Source: Eledone cirrhosa (taxonomy: Eukaryota). Taken from it: a stretch of 64,000 nt of DNA. Of the stretch, positions 1-13,848 are shown piece after piece. The notes beneath the pieces were generated by a model. The model made no database searches, had not been told where the DNA came from, and worked only from the letters and a program-made list of their open reading frames with translations. Location of the stretch: NCBI GenBank assembly GCA_964016885.1, contig OZ024762.1, positions 20,398,001 to 20,462,000 on the forward strand. The letters run 5' to 3'. Position 1 is the first letter of the stretch. Every line of letters begins with the position of its first letter. The position numbers were made by a program, and so were the translations under genes.

Positions 1-95
1 GCAAAGTTAACCTCGGCGGGATTTGCACTCAGACCATAAAGGGCCGTAACTCTATGCACCGTCCGACCCTCTACTGATACTGCCAATCCACCGAC
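1..95 (-). mobile_element. Meta-type tRNA-derived SINE, 5' part (cut by window edge)
   Basis: Reverse complement reads ...TCTGAGTGCAAATCCCGCCGAGGTTAACTTTGC (B-box-like). Matches fuller copies at 7318-7712 and 17436-17613. Confidence 0.75.
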
Positions 96-119
96 CTATT
101 CAGAAGCCTTCAGATGGAC

Positions 120-306
120 TACTATACCTGTAATTCAAAGGGTCAGCTATGCCATACACTGTCTCATGCGGAATCTCCCTGAGAATTACGTTACAGAGTA
201 CAGTTATCTGTGGAATGTTCAGCCACTTATGAGCAGGTTGTCCCATTAATCAAACAAGTGTAACATGGATCATATCAGTAATACCAAGACATTAAACGAT
301 GATGAT
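120..306 (+). mobile_element. Degenerate SINE 3' half ending in (GAT)n
   Basis: TACCTGTAATTCAAAGGG...TCAGCCACTT...GAGCAGGTTG motifs are shared with the SINE at 61428-62260. Ends in ACATTAAACGATGATGAT. Confidence 0.55.
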
Positions 307-323
307 TAAAATATTTAGTTTAA

Positions 324-1254
324 CCCTTTAGCAACCTATCCCGCCAGAATTCTCTCACCTCTTTCTGTTCAAACTGGCTGTAACCGGCCATATCCGGCCA
401 GAATTCTCTCACCTCTCTCTGTTCAAACTGGCTGTAACCGGCCATATCCAGCCAGAATTCTTTCACCTCTCTCTGTTCAAACTGGCTGTAACCGGCCATA
501 TCCTGCCAGAATTCTCTCACCTCTTTCTGTTCAAACTGGCTGTAACCGGCCATATCCAGCCAGAATTCTCTCACCTCTCTCTGTTCAAACTGGCTGTAAC
601 CGGCCGTAACCGGCCATATCCGGCCAGAATTCTCTCACCTCTTTCTGTTCAAACTGGGCATATCCGGCCAGAATTCTCTCACCTCTCTCTGTTCAAACCG
701 GCTGTATCCGGCCAGAATTCTCTCACCTCTTTCTGTTCAAACTGGCTGTAACTGGCAATATCCGGCCAAAATTCTCTCACCTCTCTCTGTTCAAACTGGC
801 TGTAACCGGCCATATCCGGCCAGAATTCTCTCACCTCTCTCTGTTCAAACTGGCTGTAACCGGCCATTTCCGGCCAGAATTCTCTCACCTCTCTCTGTTC
901 AAACTGGCTGTAACCGGCCATATCCCGCGAGAATTCTCTCACCTCTTTCTGTTCAAACTGGCTGTAACCGGCCATATCCGGCCAGAATTCTCTCACCTCT
1001 CTCTGTTCAAACTGGCTGTAACTGGCCATTTCCGGCCAGAATTCTCTCACCTCTCTGTTCAAACCGGCTGTAACCGGCCAGAATTCTCTCACCCCTTTCT
1101 GTTCAAACCGGCTGTAACTGGCCGCTCATACAAATCTCAAAATAAATAATTTCAAAATCTCATAGATTCAATATTATGTGAGATAATTATGTGAGGTAAA
1201 GTCTTTATCATGAAAATACAATAGTAAATACGAAGTAATGGAAATAATAAAGGG
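324..1254. mobile_element. piggyBac-type non-autonomous element (MITE) with internal tandem expansion
   Basis: TTAA(320-323)|CCCTTTA ... TAAAGGG|TTAA(1255-1258), giving TTAA target duplication and CCC/GGG termini. An unexpanded relative lies at 6955-7146. Confidence 0.7.
340..1125. repeat. 54-bp tandem repeat, about 14 units
   Basis: Unit AACTGGCTGTAACCGGCCATATCCGGCCAGAATTCTCTCACCTCTCTCTGTTCA. It explains the 18-aa periodic ORFs. Confidence 0.95.
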
Positions 1255-1435
1255 TTAAATTGAAGATTAATAGAGATGATAGGATAAATGATAGGAAAAA
1301 AAGAAAATCTATTTTTTAAATATAATAGAAAATACGAGACTTTAATTAGATACCAACTTTCACACAATGGTTTATATCAAATCATAAATAATTAATTCAA
1401 CCTAAGAAGCCAAAATAAATAATAAATTAATAACA

Positions 1436-1570
1436 ATAATAATAATTGTTTCTACGTTAGGCACAAGACCAGCAATTTGATGGGGAGGGGAAAATCAATT
1501 AAATTGATCCCTAAGGATGAAAGGCAAAGCTAACCTCGGCAGGATTTGAACTCAGGATGTAAAGTGTCGT
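1436..1570 (-). mobile_element. Meta-type SINE, internally deleted
   Basis: GGATGAAAGGCAAAGCTAACCTCGGCAGGATTTGAACTC plus (AAT)n tail complement. Confidence 0.7.
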
Positions 1571-1926
1571 ATAATAATGATAAAATAAAAAGGTGACATA
1601 TTCTATTATTCTATGAAACAATGGGAAAAGGAAGACGAGAGGTGAATAATAGAAAATATTTTATTAATGATAGGAAAAAAAAAATCTGAGACCTCATTCA
1701 GAATGAGGGGGAATTTAAAGTACAAAGAACTTCAGCCCCATTTAAGAGAAAAGGAAAAAGAAAATAAATGTAAAATATATTTTAAAGCTGTTAAGGTGTT
1801 TATCTGCTGTTGATGTTGTTGTCGTTTATCTCTATATAATAGCCTTGACATTGTTAGTGAAAAGGGAGAGAGAAAACTTTGTGATAAAGTTAATTATATA
1901 CCTGAGAAAAACGTTAGGTTAACACT

Positions 1927-3586
<1,660 letters not shown>

Positions 3587-3884
3587 TATGTACAGGAGCT
3601 ATGAACATTTTTACTTTATAAAGAATTACAAAAGCCGCACATTCCCTCAACTTTTATCTGTATCAAACCGGAAGCTGTTTTCTGTTCTGAAAGCTGCACA
3701 TATTGAACATCAAATGAAATAGTCAAAATAAAGTAAATTGTAAACCTACAGATGATGCATTGGATCAGAATGCAATAATCTGCACCAGCATATGATGCAA
3801 TAGCATGTGCAATGATGCAATGATGCAATCAGCAACAAAATAAAAGCACAATTTCAAAGCATACATCATCTAAATCATAGCTTT

Positions 3885-4100
3885 GTCTTCCTAGCTCTTC
3901 CTTTTCCCCCCTACTTCCTTCCGCATTCATTTCCGTCACTTTTCTCATCCTTCTGCAACACATGACCTAACCATGTCATTCATTTTCTTTTCACAACATT
4001 CATCACTGGCTTTAATCCCATCACTGCTCTCACCTTCATTCATCTTGCTTTCATCCTTCCCCAACACATGACCCAACCATCTCACTCCAGTTCTTTTCCC
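3885..4100 (-). mobile_element. Old RTE-clade LINE 3' fragment
   Basis: Minus strand encodes WLGHVL (twice) and degenerate EGSRG-GRARK, typical of the RTE ORF C-terminus. Confidence 0.55.
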
Positions 4101-4130
4101 AAATCATGAAATTTTGGAAAAAGTGAAATG

Positions 4131-6868
4131 TTAATGTTATTGACCCCAGCACATGAGTGCCACATTTGTTTTTTTTATTGACCTTGGAAGTATGGAAGAC
4201 AAAGTTGACACTAATGTTATTGACCCCGGCACATCAGTGCCACATTTGTTTTTTTTTATTGACCCTGGAAGTATGGAAGACAAAGTTGACATTAATGTTA
4301 TTGACCCCGGCACATCAGTGCCACATTTGTTTTTTTTTATTGACCCTGGAAGTATGGAAGACAAAGTTGACACTAATGTTATTGACCCCGGCACATCAGT
4401 CCCACATTTGTTTTTTTTTATTGACCCTGGAAGTATGGAAGACAAAGTTGACATTAATGTTATTGACCCCGGCACATCAGTGCCACATTTGTTTTTTTTA
4501 TTGACCCTGGAAGTATGGAAGACAAAGTTGACATTAATGTTATTGACCCTGGCACATGAGTGCCACATTTGTTTTTTTTATTGACCCTGGAAGTATGGAA
4601 GACAAAGTTGACATTAATGTTATTGACCCCGGCACATCAGTGCCACATTTGTTTTTTTTATTGACCCTGGAAGTATGGAAGACAAAGTTGACATTAATGT
4701 TATTGACCCCGGCACATGAGTGTCACATTTGTTTTTTTTATTGACCCTGGAAGTATGGAAGACAAAGTTGACACTAATGTTATTGACCCCGGCACATGAG
4801 TGTCACATTTGTTTTTTTTATTGACCCTGGAAGTATGGAAGACAAAGTTGACATTAATGTTATTGACCCTGGAAGTATGGAAGACAAAGTTGACATTAAT
4901 GTTATTGACCCCGGCACATGAGTGTCACATTTGTTTTTTTTATTGACCCTGGAAGTATGGAAGACAAAGTTGACATTAATGTTATTGACCCTGGAAGTAT
5001 GGAAGACAAAGTTGACATTAATGTTATTGACCCTGGAAGTATGGAAGACAAAGTTGACATTAATGTTATTGACCCCGGCACATGAGTGCCACATTTGTTT
5101 TTTTTATTGACCCTGGAAGTATGGAAGACAAAGTTGACACTAATGTTATTGACCCCAGCACATGAGTGCTACATTTGTTTTTTTTATTGACCCTGGAAGT
5201 ATGGAAGACAAAGTTGACATTAATGTTATTGACCCCGGCACATGAGTGCCACATTTGTTTTTTTTATTGACCCTGGAAGTATGGAAGACAAAGTTGACAT
5301 TAATGTTATTGACCCCGGCACATCAGTGCCACATTTGTTTTTTTTATTGACCCTGGAAGTATGGAAGACAAAGTTGACACTAATGTTATTGACCCCGGCA
5401 CATGAGTGCCACATTTGTTTTTTTTTATTGACCCTGGAAGTATGGAAGACAAAGTTGACATTAATGTTATTGACCCCAGCACATGGGTGCTACATTTGTT
5501 TTTTTTATTGACCCTGGAAGTATGGAAGACAAAGTTGACATTAATGTTATTGACCCCAGCACATGGGTGCTACATTTGTTTTTTTTATTGACCCTGGAAG
5601 TATGGAAGACAAAGTTGACATTAATGTTATTGACCCCGGCACATCAGTGCCACATTTGTTTTTTTTATTGACCCTGGAAGTATGGAAGACAAAGTTGACA
5701 CTAATGTTATTGACCCCGGCACATGAGTGCCACATTTGTTTTTTTTTATTGACCCTGGAAGTATGGAAGACAAAGTTGACATTAATGTTATTGACCCCAG
5801 CACATGGGTGCTACATTTGTTTTTTTTATTGACCCTGGAAGTATGGAAGACAAAGTTGACATTAATGTTATTGACCCCGGCACATGAGTGCCACATTTGT
5901 TTTTTTTATTGACCCTGGAAGTATGGAAGACAAAGTTGACATTAATGTTATTGACCCCGGCACATCAGTGCCACATTTGTTTTTTTTATTGACCCTGGAA
6001 GTATGGAAGACAAAGTTGACACTAATGTTATTGACCCCGGCACATGAGTGCCACATTTGTTTTTTTTTATTGACCCTGGAAGTATGGAAGACAAAGTTGA
6101 CATTAATGTTATTGACCCCAGCACATGGGTGCTACATTTGTTTTTTTTATTGACCCTGGAAGTATGGAAGACAAAGTTGACATTAATGTTATTGACCCCA
6201 GCACATGGGTGCTACATTTGTTTTTTTTATTGACCCTGGAAGTATGGAAGACAAAGTTGACATTAATGTTATTGACCCCGGCACATGAGTGCCACATTTG
6301 TTTTTTTTATTGACCCTGGAAGTATGGAAGACAAAGTTGACATTAATGTTATTGACCCCGGCACATCAGTGCCACATTTGTTTTTTTTTATTGACCCTGG
6401 AAGTATGGAAGACAAAGTTGACACTAATGTTATTGACCCCGGCACATGAGTGCTACATTTGTTTTTTTTATTGACCCTGGAAGTATGGAAGACAAAGTTG
6501 ACACTAATGTTATTGACCCCGGCACATCAGTGCCACATTTGTTTTTTTTATTGACCCTGGAAGTATGGAAGACAAAGTTGACACTAATGTTATTGACCCC
6601 GGCACATGAGTGCTACATTTGTTTTTTTTATTGACCCCAGCACATGAGTGCTACATTTGTTTTTTTTATTGACTCTGGAAGTATGGAAGACAAAGTTGAC
6701 ACTAATGTTATTGACCCCGGCACATCAGGGCCACATTTGTTTTTTTTATTGACCCTGGAAGTATGGAAGACAAAGTTGACATTAATGTTATTGACCCTGG
6801 CACATCAGTGCCACATTTGTTTTTTTTATTGACTCTGGAAGTATGGAAGACAAAGTTGACATTAATGT
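4131..6868. repeat. 80-bp satellite (about 34 units) derived from a Meta-type SINE
   Basis: Unit TTGACCCTGGAAGTATGGAAGACAAAGTTGACATTAATGTTATTGACCCCGGCACATCAGTGCCACATTTGTTTTTTTTA. Flanks continue as SINE (GAACTCAGAACATAAA near 6880). Confidence 0.9.
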
Positions 6869-6954
6869 GGTTTAAAGTTAGAACTCAGAACATAAAAACT
6901 ATGAACCAACATAGGTAGGTATTTGCCTGACACACTTACAGCTCTGCCGATTAA

Positions 6955-7146
6955 CCTTTTAATGTTCAAATCGGCCGAAACCGGCCAGAATTCTCTACCT
7001 TTTTCTGTTGAAACTGGCTGTAACCGGTCACTCAAACTGATGTTAAGGTATTGTTCTCAAAATAAATACTTTCAAAATCTTATAGATTCGATATTATGTG
7101 AGATAATTATGTGAGGTAAAGCCTTCACCATGAAAATATAATAGTA
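6955..7146. mobile_element. Truncated relative of the piggyBac-type MITE at 324-1254
   Basis: TTAACCTTTT start, one copy of the 54-bp unit, then TTTCAAAATCTTATAGATTCGATATTATGTGAGATAATTATGTGAGGTAAAG, matching about 1150-1202. Confidence 0.7.
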
Positions 7147-7159
7147 TATATAGAGTATA

Positions 7160-7712
7160 TAACTGATACTTTATTTTATTGACCTTGTAAGGATGAAAAG
7201 GAAAAGTACCCTCAGTGGGATTTGAACCCAGAACATAAAGGGACCAAACCATCTGCTACAAAGCATGGAACCGACGCTCTACTGATTCTACAGTCAACTC
7301 ACCAAGACTAATAATAATAATTGTTCCTACTTTTGGCACAAGGCCAGCAATTACCCAGTGTATTACTGGTACTTTATTTTATCGACCCCATAAGAATGAA
7401 AGGCAAAGGTAACCTCAGCGGGATTTGAACTCAGACCATAAAGGGCCGTAACTCTTTGCTGCAAAGCATGGTGTCCGACCCTCTACCAATACTGCCAATC
7501 CACCGCCCTCATAATAATAATAATGGTTTCTTATGTAGGCACAAGGCCAGCAATTTTGGGGGAGGGGAAAGTCGATTAAATCGACCCCAGTGCGTAACTG
7601 GTACTTTATTTCATCGACCGCCGTAAGGATGAAAGGCAAAGTTAACCTCGGCGGGATTTGAACTCAGAACGTAGAGGGACGTAATTATGCTGCAAAGCAT
7701 GGCGTCCAATAA
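7160..7712 (-). mobile_element. Three adjacent Meta-type SINE copies
   Basis: GGATGAAAGGCAAAG...GGGATTTGAACTCAGA repeated, separated by (AAT)n. Confidence 0.8.
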
Positions 7713-7994
7713 TAATAAAATTAAATATAACATTTATAAAAATAAGAAACAAATAACGAAATAACATATAAAAGAATAAAATATAAAAGAATTTAGTTTG
7801 TAGTTTTGTCTTTTTATCCCCCCCCCCCCTCTCCTCCTCCTCCTCCTCCTCCTCCTCTCTAAATGAAACGAAGGAAGAAATGAAACTTATGGTAATTAGA
7901 GATTAATTGGATTATGAAATAATTTTCAGGTTCTGAACATTTGTGGTTAAGTTTGGATAGATTGTACACAGCTGAGGACTAATAGTTGGTTGGA

Positions 7995-8720
7995 GAGAGA
8001 GGGGGGTGGAGGGGTAGAGAGAGACTGATAGAGAGGGGGATAGAGAGGGGGAGATAGATGGGGGGAGGTGGGATGGGGGGAGAGAGAGAGGGGGTGGAGG
8101 GTAGAGAGAGAGATTGATAGAGAGGGAGAGGGGGGGTAGAGGGGGAGAGAGATGGGGGATGGGATGGGGGGAGGGGGAGAGGGAGATGGAGAGAGAGAGA
8201 AAGTGACAGGTAGTTACATACGAAGAGATCGAGATAGATAGAAAGGCAGATAGAGAGAAAGAGAAAGGGAGATAAAGTGACAGGTAGATAGGTACGGAGA
8301 GAGAGAGAGAGAGGTGGAGACAGAGAGAAACAGAGACTGATAGAGAGTGAGACAGATAGTGAGAGTGAGAGACAGGTAGTTAGGTACGGAGAGAGAGAGT
8401 GATTGATAGAGAGAGAGAGAGAAAGACATACAGTTACAGAGAGAGAGAGAGAGAGAGAAATACATACAGAGACAGAGAGAGAGAGAGAAAGACATAGTTA
8501 CAGAGAGAGAGAGAGAGAGAAATACATACAGAGACAGAGAGAGAGAGAGAAAGACATAGTTACAGAGAGAGAGAGAGAGAGAAATACATACAGAGACAGA
8601 GAGAGAAAGAGAGACATACAGAGACAGAGAGAGAGAGAGAGAGACATACAGAGAGAGAGTGAGAGAAAGACATACAGAGACAGAGAGAGAGAGAGAGAGA
8701 AATAATAGAAAGAAGAGAGT
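7995..8720. repeat. GA/G-rich polypurine tract with (GA)n compound repeats
   Basis: Read directly. Confidence 0.9.
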
Positions 8721-8854
8721 GTAAAGTTCTAAATTCTGCAGCAGAAATCGGAAAATAGTTTCATTTGTTTTTTTGGTGGGTCTGTTTTTATTTTATTTAT
8801 TTATATAACATTTTGCTAGATCTTTAAATGAGTGCAGATGTTAACTGCAGCATG

Positions 8855-8890
<36 letters not shown>

Positions 8891-8932
8891 TCGGCCTGGA
8901 TGGCGCGGCACCAACATAACGTTCTATGTAAA

Positions 8933-9230
8933 GTTATGTTGGTGCCGCGCCATCCAGGCCGAAACAAATGAGATCGTGTAGGTGTCACGACAAAAAAACA
9001 CAGTCCACGCTGTAATGTGGCCGTGTAGGCAACACGGTAAAAACCTCCCAGACCCACACTGTAAATGTGGTTGGTGTTAGGAAGGGCATCCAACTGTAGA
9101 AAACCTGCCAGACAGTCCTATGCGAGCAAGACAATCACTCTTGCCTCAAGTGGGACTACCCCCGTCCAAACCCATGCAAGCGTGGAACACGGACGTTAAA
9201 CGTTGATGATGATGATGATGATGATGATGA
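8933..9230 (+). mobile_element. SINE/RTE 3'-end subfamily copy
   Basis: GGTTGGTGTTAGGAAGGGCATCC...GGACGTTAAACG(TGA)n. Near-identical to 48808-49097 (-) and 53218-53474 (+). Confidence 0.8.
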
Positions 9231-9231
9231 T

Positions 9232-9416
9232 ATTTCGTTTCTGAATTTGTTTAGCAAGATTCTTTATCTGAAATCGTGTGTTGAAACCGATATTGTTATA
9301 CTTTGGGAGGGTCATGTTGCCAATAAGAAACACACGCACCAGTTGCTTTCACTTCAATTTATTATAATAAATTTATAAATTTCTGGTTGGTTGGTTGGTT
9401 CCACAACCAGATAGTT

Positions 9417-9452
<36 letters not shown>

Positions 9453-9810
9453 AACTATCTGGTTGTGGAACCAATATATATATATATATATATATAAACA
9501 ACTATCTGGTTGTGGAACCAACCAACCAACCAGAAATTTATAAATTTATAAACTTATAAATTTATAAATATATAATAAATTGAAGTGAAAGCAACTGGTG
9601 CGTGTGTTTCTTATTGGCAACATGACCCTCCCAAAGTATAACAGCTTTGTTTAAATAATCTAACACAAAAATCTATTTGAAGACAATAAAAGAACTCCCC
9701 AACCAGAAATTTATAAATTTATAAATTTATTATAAATTTATTATAATAAATTGAAGTGAAAGCAACTGGTGCGTGTGTTTCTTATTGGCAACATGACCCT
9801 CCCAAAGTAT

Positions 9811-9816
<6 letters not shown>
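9232..9816. mobile_element. Family-X cassette in fold-back arrangement centred on (TA)n, probably Penelope-like pLTR-derived
   Basis: About 9293-9420 is inverted at about 9495-9643 and again at 9700-9816. Shares TATTGTTATACTT(T/G)GGGAGGGTCAT with about 28215 and 49210. Confidence 0.55.
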
Positions 9817-9847
<31 letters not shown>

Positions 9848-9907
9848 CCATGCTAGCGTGGAAGATGGACGTTAAACGATGATGTTGATAAATATATGTG
9901 TATGTAT

Positions 9908-10340
9908 TGGGATGAGGTGATAGAAGCCGACCTTACCCAATTACACCTCTCAAAGGCGATGACACACGACCATGACCTCTGGCGTCACGCAGTAATACAG
10001 AACCCCCCCCCCACGGGTACAAGCCGAAGCTGAAGCATATAGACAATATGCCCCCACACCCTCCCACTGCAAAGTGGTCGTGGAGGTGCCACGGCAAAAG
10101 AGCACCCAGCCCACACTGTAAAGTGGACGTGTAGGTGCCACGGAAAAAATAAGCACCCAGCACTCACTGTAAATGAGGTTGGTGTTAGGAAGGGCATCCA
10201 GCTGTAGAAATCAAGCCAGAATCAGTTCCTGTATGAGCAAGACACGGTCAGCCGACCGGACACTGCCCACAACAGGACAACCCGTCTAACCCATGCTAGC
10301 GTGGAAGAACGGGCGTAAACCGGTGGTGATGATGATGATG

Positions 10341-10341
<1 letters not shown>
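9908..10341 (+). mobile_element. RTE LINE family A, 3' end (ORF C-terminus + 3'UTR + (GAT)n tail)
   Basis: Encodes WDEVIEADLTQLHLSKAMTHDHDLWRHAVIQ, followed by the UTR shared with the CORE-SINE. Confidence 0.75.
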
Positions 10342-10375
<34 letters not shown>

Positions 10376-10414
10376 AAAGGTAAACAGAAATAACAACACA
10401 ATTGGTACAATCGC

Positions 10415-11277
10415 TGCTTTTTTTCATGATACCATCACTACTACTTTACAGAGTGGACTGGGTGCTTTTTTTTTCATCATACCATCACTACCACTTTACA
10501 GAGTGGACTGGTGGACTGGGTGCTTTGTTTTTTTTCATCATACCATTACTACCACTTTACAGAGTGGACTGGGTGCTTTTTTTTCATCATACCATTACTA
10601 CCACTTTACAGAGTGGACTGGGTGCTTTTTTTTTTTCATCATACCATTACTACCACTTTACAGAGTGGACTGGGTACTTTTTTTTTTCATCATACTATCA
10701 CTACCACTTTACAGAGTGGACTGGGTGCTTTTTTTTTTCATCATACCATCACTACCACTTTACAGAGTGGACTGGTGGACTGGGTGTTTTGTTTTTTTTC
10801 ATCATACCATTACTACCACTTTACAGAGTGGACTGGTGGACTGGGTGTTTTGTTTTTTTTCATCATACCATTACTACCACTTTACAGAGTGGACTGAGTG
10901 CTTTTTTTTTTTCATCATACCATCACTACCTCTTTACAGAGTGGACTGGGTTCTTTTTTTTTTTCATCATACCAACACTACCACTTTACAGAGTGGACTG
11001 GTGGACTGGGTGCTTTCTTTTTTCATCATACCATCACTACCACTTTACAGAGTGGACTGGGTGCTTTTTTTTTTTCATCATACCATCACTACTACTTTAC
11101 AGAGTGGACTGGTGGACTGGGTGCTTTGTTTTTTTTCATCATACCATCACTACCACTTTACAGAGTGGACTGGTGGACTGGGTGCTTTTGTTTTTTTTCA
11201 TCATACCAACACTACCACTTTACAGAGTGGACTGGGTGCTATTTTTCACAATACCATCACTTACTACTTTACAGAGT
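10415..11277. repeat. About 50-62-bp minisatellite (about 15 units) from the RTE-A/SINE UTR motif
   Basis: Unit CCACTTTACAGAGTGGACTG(GTGGACTG)GGTGCTTTTTTTCATCATACCATCACTA is the reverse complement of the AAAAAGCACCCAGTCCACACTGTAAAGTGG motif. Confidence 0.9.
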
Positions 11278-11894
11278 ATATAAAAAAAACAACAACAACA
11301 ACCAAAAAAAAAAAAAAAAATCACAACAATAATTCTTCAAGTAGTGTTGTTGATATAAAAAAAGGCAATTGTAAACTGACCAAAGTTTTGCAACTCAGCA
11401 CTCTGAGAAAATGGTAGATAACTGAACAGAAGACAGAATATTACAGTAAAATTGATTATTTCTCACTGACAGAATGGATGTTGATTTGGAATATAGCTGC
11501 TTTTGATTTCTCAAGAGAATATATAGATATATGTGATGGTATATATGTATGTCTGTGTGTGTATGTGTGTAGAAGGGTATGTCTGTGTGTGTATGTGTGT
11601 ATATATGTATGTCTGTGTGTGTATGTGTGTGTGTATACATATATATATATATGTGTATATATATATGTGCGTGTGGTTGAGAGAAAAAGAAAAGGAGCAC
11701 ACATACGTACATATATATGTATATATACAAAGATATATACATGCATACATACATATATATATATACATGCATACATACATATATATATATATACATACAC
11801 ATACATATATACACATACATATACATACATACATACGTATATATATATATACATACATACATATACATACATATACATACATACATATACATAC

Positions 11895-11929
<35 letters not shown>

Positions 11930-11988
11930 TATACACACACACACAGAGTTGTGAACATATCAACTGCACAGATGTGGTGTATATAAAG

Positions 11989-11996
11989 GTAGTAGC

Positions 11997-12034
<38 letters not shown>

Positions 12035-12108
12035 TAGTAGTAGTAGTAGCAGTAGTAGTGGTAGTAGTAGTAGTAGCAGCAGTAGTAGTGGTAGCAGTAG
12101 TAGTGGTG

Positions 12109-12175
<67 letters not shown>

Positions 12176-12209
12176 TAGTAGTAGTAGTAGCAGTAGTGGT
12201 AACAGTAGC

Positions 12210-12241
<32 letters not shown>

Positions 12242-12252
12242 TAGTAGTAGTG

Positions 12253-12286
<34 letters not shown>

Positions 12287-12330
12287 TGGTAGTAGTAGTA
12301 GTAGTAGCAGTAGCAGTAGTAGCAGTAGTA
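11989..12330. repeat. (GTA)n trinucleotide array
   Basis: Read directly. Confidence 0.95.
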
Positions 12331-12381
12331 GGAGAGGGGGGAGGTGGGGTGTTGTCATACCATTATTACATCTCTCATTAG

Positions 12382-12590
12382 GGTAGTAGGTTGGGAGAAT
12401 CAGTAGAGCACCAGACAGGAAATGTCTTGCAGTATTTGTACCTGGTTCTTTACATTGCCGAGGTCAACTTTACCTTCCATACTTTCTGGGAGTTGATAAA
12501 AATAAAGTACCAGTGATATACTGGGGTTTATACAACAGACTTTTCCCTTACCCTCAAATGTGTAAGCCTTGTGTCAAGGTTAGAAATAAT
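12382..12590 (+). mobile_element. Diverged Meta-type SINE
   Basis: GCCGAGGTCAACTTTACCTTCCAT...GATAAAATAAAGTACCAGT...CTTGTGTCAAGGTTAGAAATAATT. Confidence 0.7.
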
Positions 12591-12624
12591 TGTTACATTT
12601 TCTAGTGTTGGAAATATAGATAGC

Positions 12625-13848
12625 AATGATGGTGATGGTGGTGGTGGTGGTGGTAGTGGTGGTGGTGGTGGTGGTGGTGGTGGAGATGGTGGTGGTGGTG
12701 GTGGTGGTAGTGGTGGTAGTGTTGGTGATGGTGGTGTTGGTGGTGGTGGTGGTGGTGGTGGTGGGTGTTGGTGGTAGTGGTGGTGGTGGTGGTGGTGGTG
12801 ATGGTAGTGGTGGTGGTGGTAGTGGTGGTGGTAGTGGTGTTGGTGATGGTAGTGGTGGTGGTGGTAGTAGTGGTGTTGGTGGTAGTGGTGGTAGTGGTGG
12901 TGGTGTTGATGTTGGTGGTGGTGGTGGTGGTGGTGGTGGTGGTAGTGGTTAGTGCTGTTGTGTGGTGGTAGTGGTGGTGGTAGTGGTGGTAGTGGTAGTG
13001 GTGGTAGTGGTAGTGGTGGTAGTGGTGGCGGTAGTAGTGGTGGTGGTGGTGGTGGTGGTAGTGGTAGTGGTGGTGGTAGTAGTTAGTGCTGTTGTGGTGG
13101 TGGTGGTAGTGGTGGTGGTGGTAGTGGTGGCGGTAGTAGTGGTGGTAGTGGTGGCGGTAGTAGTGGTGGTAGTGGTGGCGGTAGTAGTGGTGGTGGTAGT
13201 AGTAGTGGTGGTGGTGGTGGTAGTGGTTAGTGCTGTTGTGGTGGTGGTAGTGGTGGTGGTAGTAGTGGTGGTGGTGGTGGTGGTGGTGGTAGTGGTGGTG
13301 GTAGTAGTAGTAGTGGTAGTGGTGGTGGTGGTGGTGGTAGTGGTGGTAGTGCTGGTAATGATGATGAGATTAATAATGATGATAGTGTTAGTGGTAATGA
13401 TGGAGGTGTTGATGGTGATGATGATGAGAAGAATAAGAGTGCTAGTAGTAGTGGTGGTGGTGGTAGTAGTAGTGGTGGTGGTGGTGGTAGTAGTGGTGGT
13501 GGTGGTGGTGGTGGTGGTGACTATGATTGTGGTGATGATGATGGTGCTTATGGCGATGGTTATGATGGTGATGATGGTGATGGTGATGATGTTGGTGGTG
13601 GTGATGTTGATAATGATGATGGTGGTTTTTGGTTATGGAAGTGTTGATGATGGTGATGGTGGTGGTGGTGACTTTTGGTTATGGCGGTGGTGGTGGTGAT
13701 GGAGGTGTTGATAATGATGGTGGGTGATGGTGATGGTGGAGGTGTTGATGATGATGGTGGGTTGTGGTGATGGTGATGGTGATGATGGAGGTGGTGTTGA
13801 TAATGACGATGGTGGGTTGTGGTTATGGCAGTGGTGGTGGTGATGGAG
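12625..13848. repeat. (GGT/GTA/GAT)n compound array
   Basis: Read directly. Confidence 0.95.

Noticed and set aside
320-1092. 18-aa repeat protein (REVREFWPDMAGYSQFEQ)
   Set aside because: It is the 54-bp DNA repeat inside a MITE. Frame breaks occur between ORFs.
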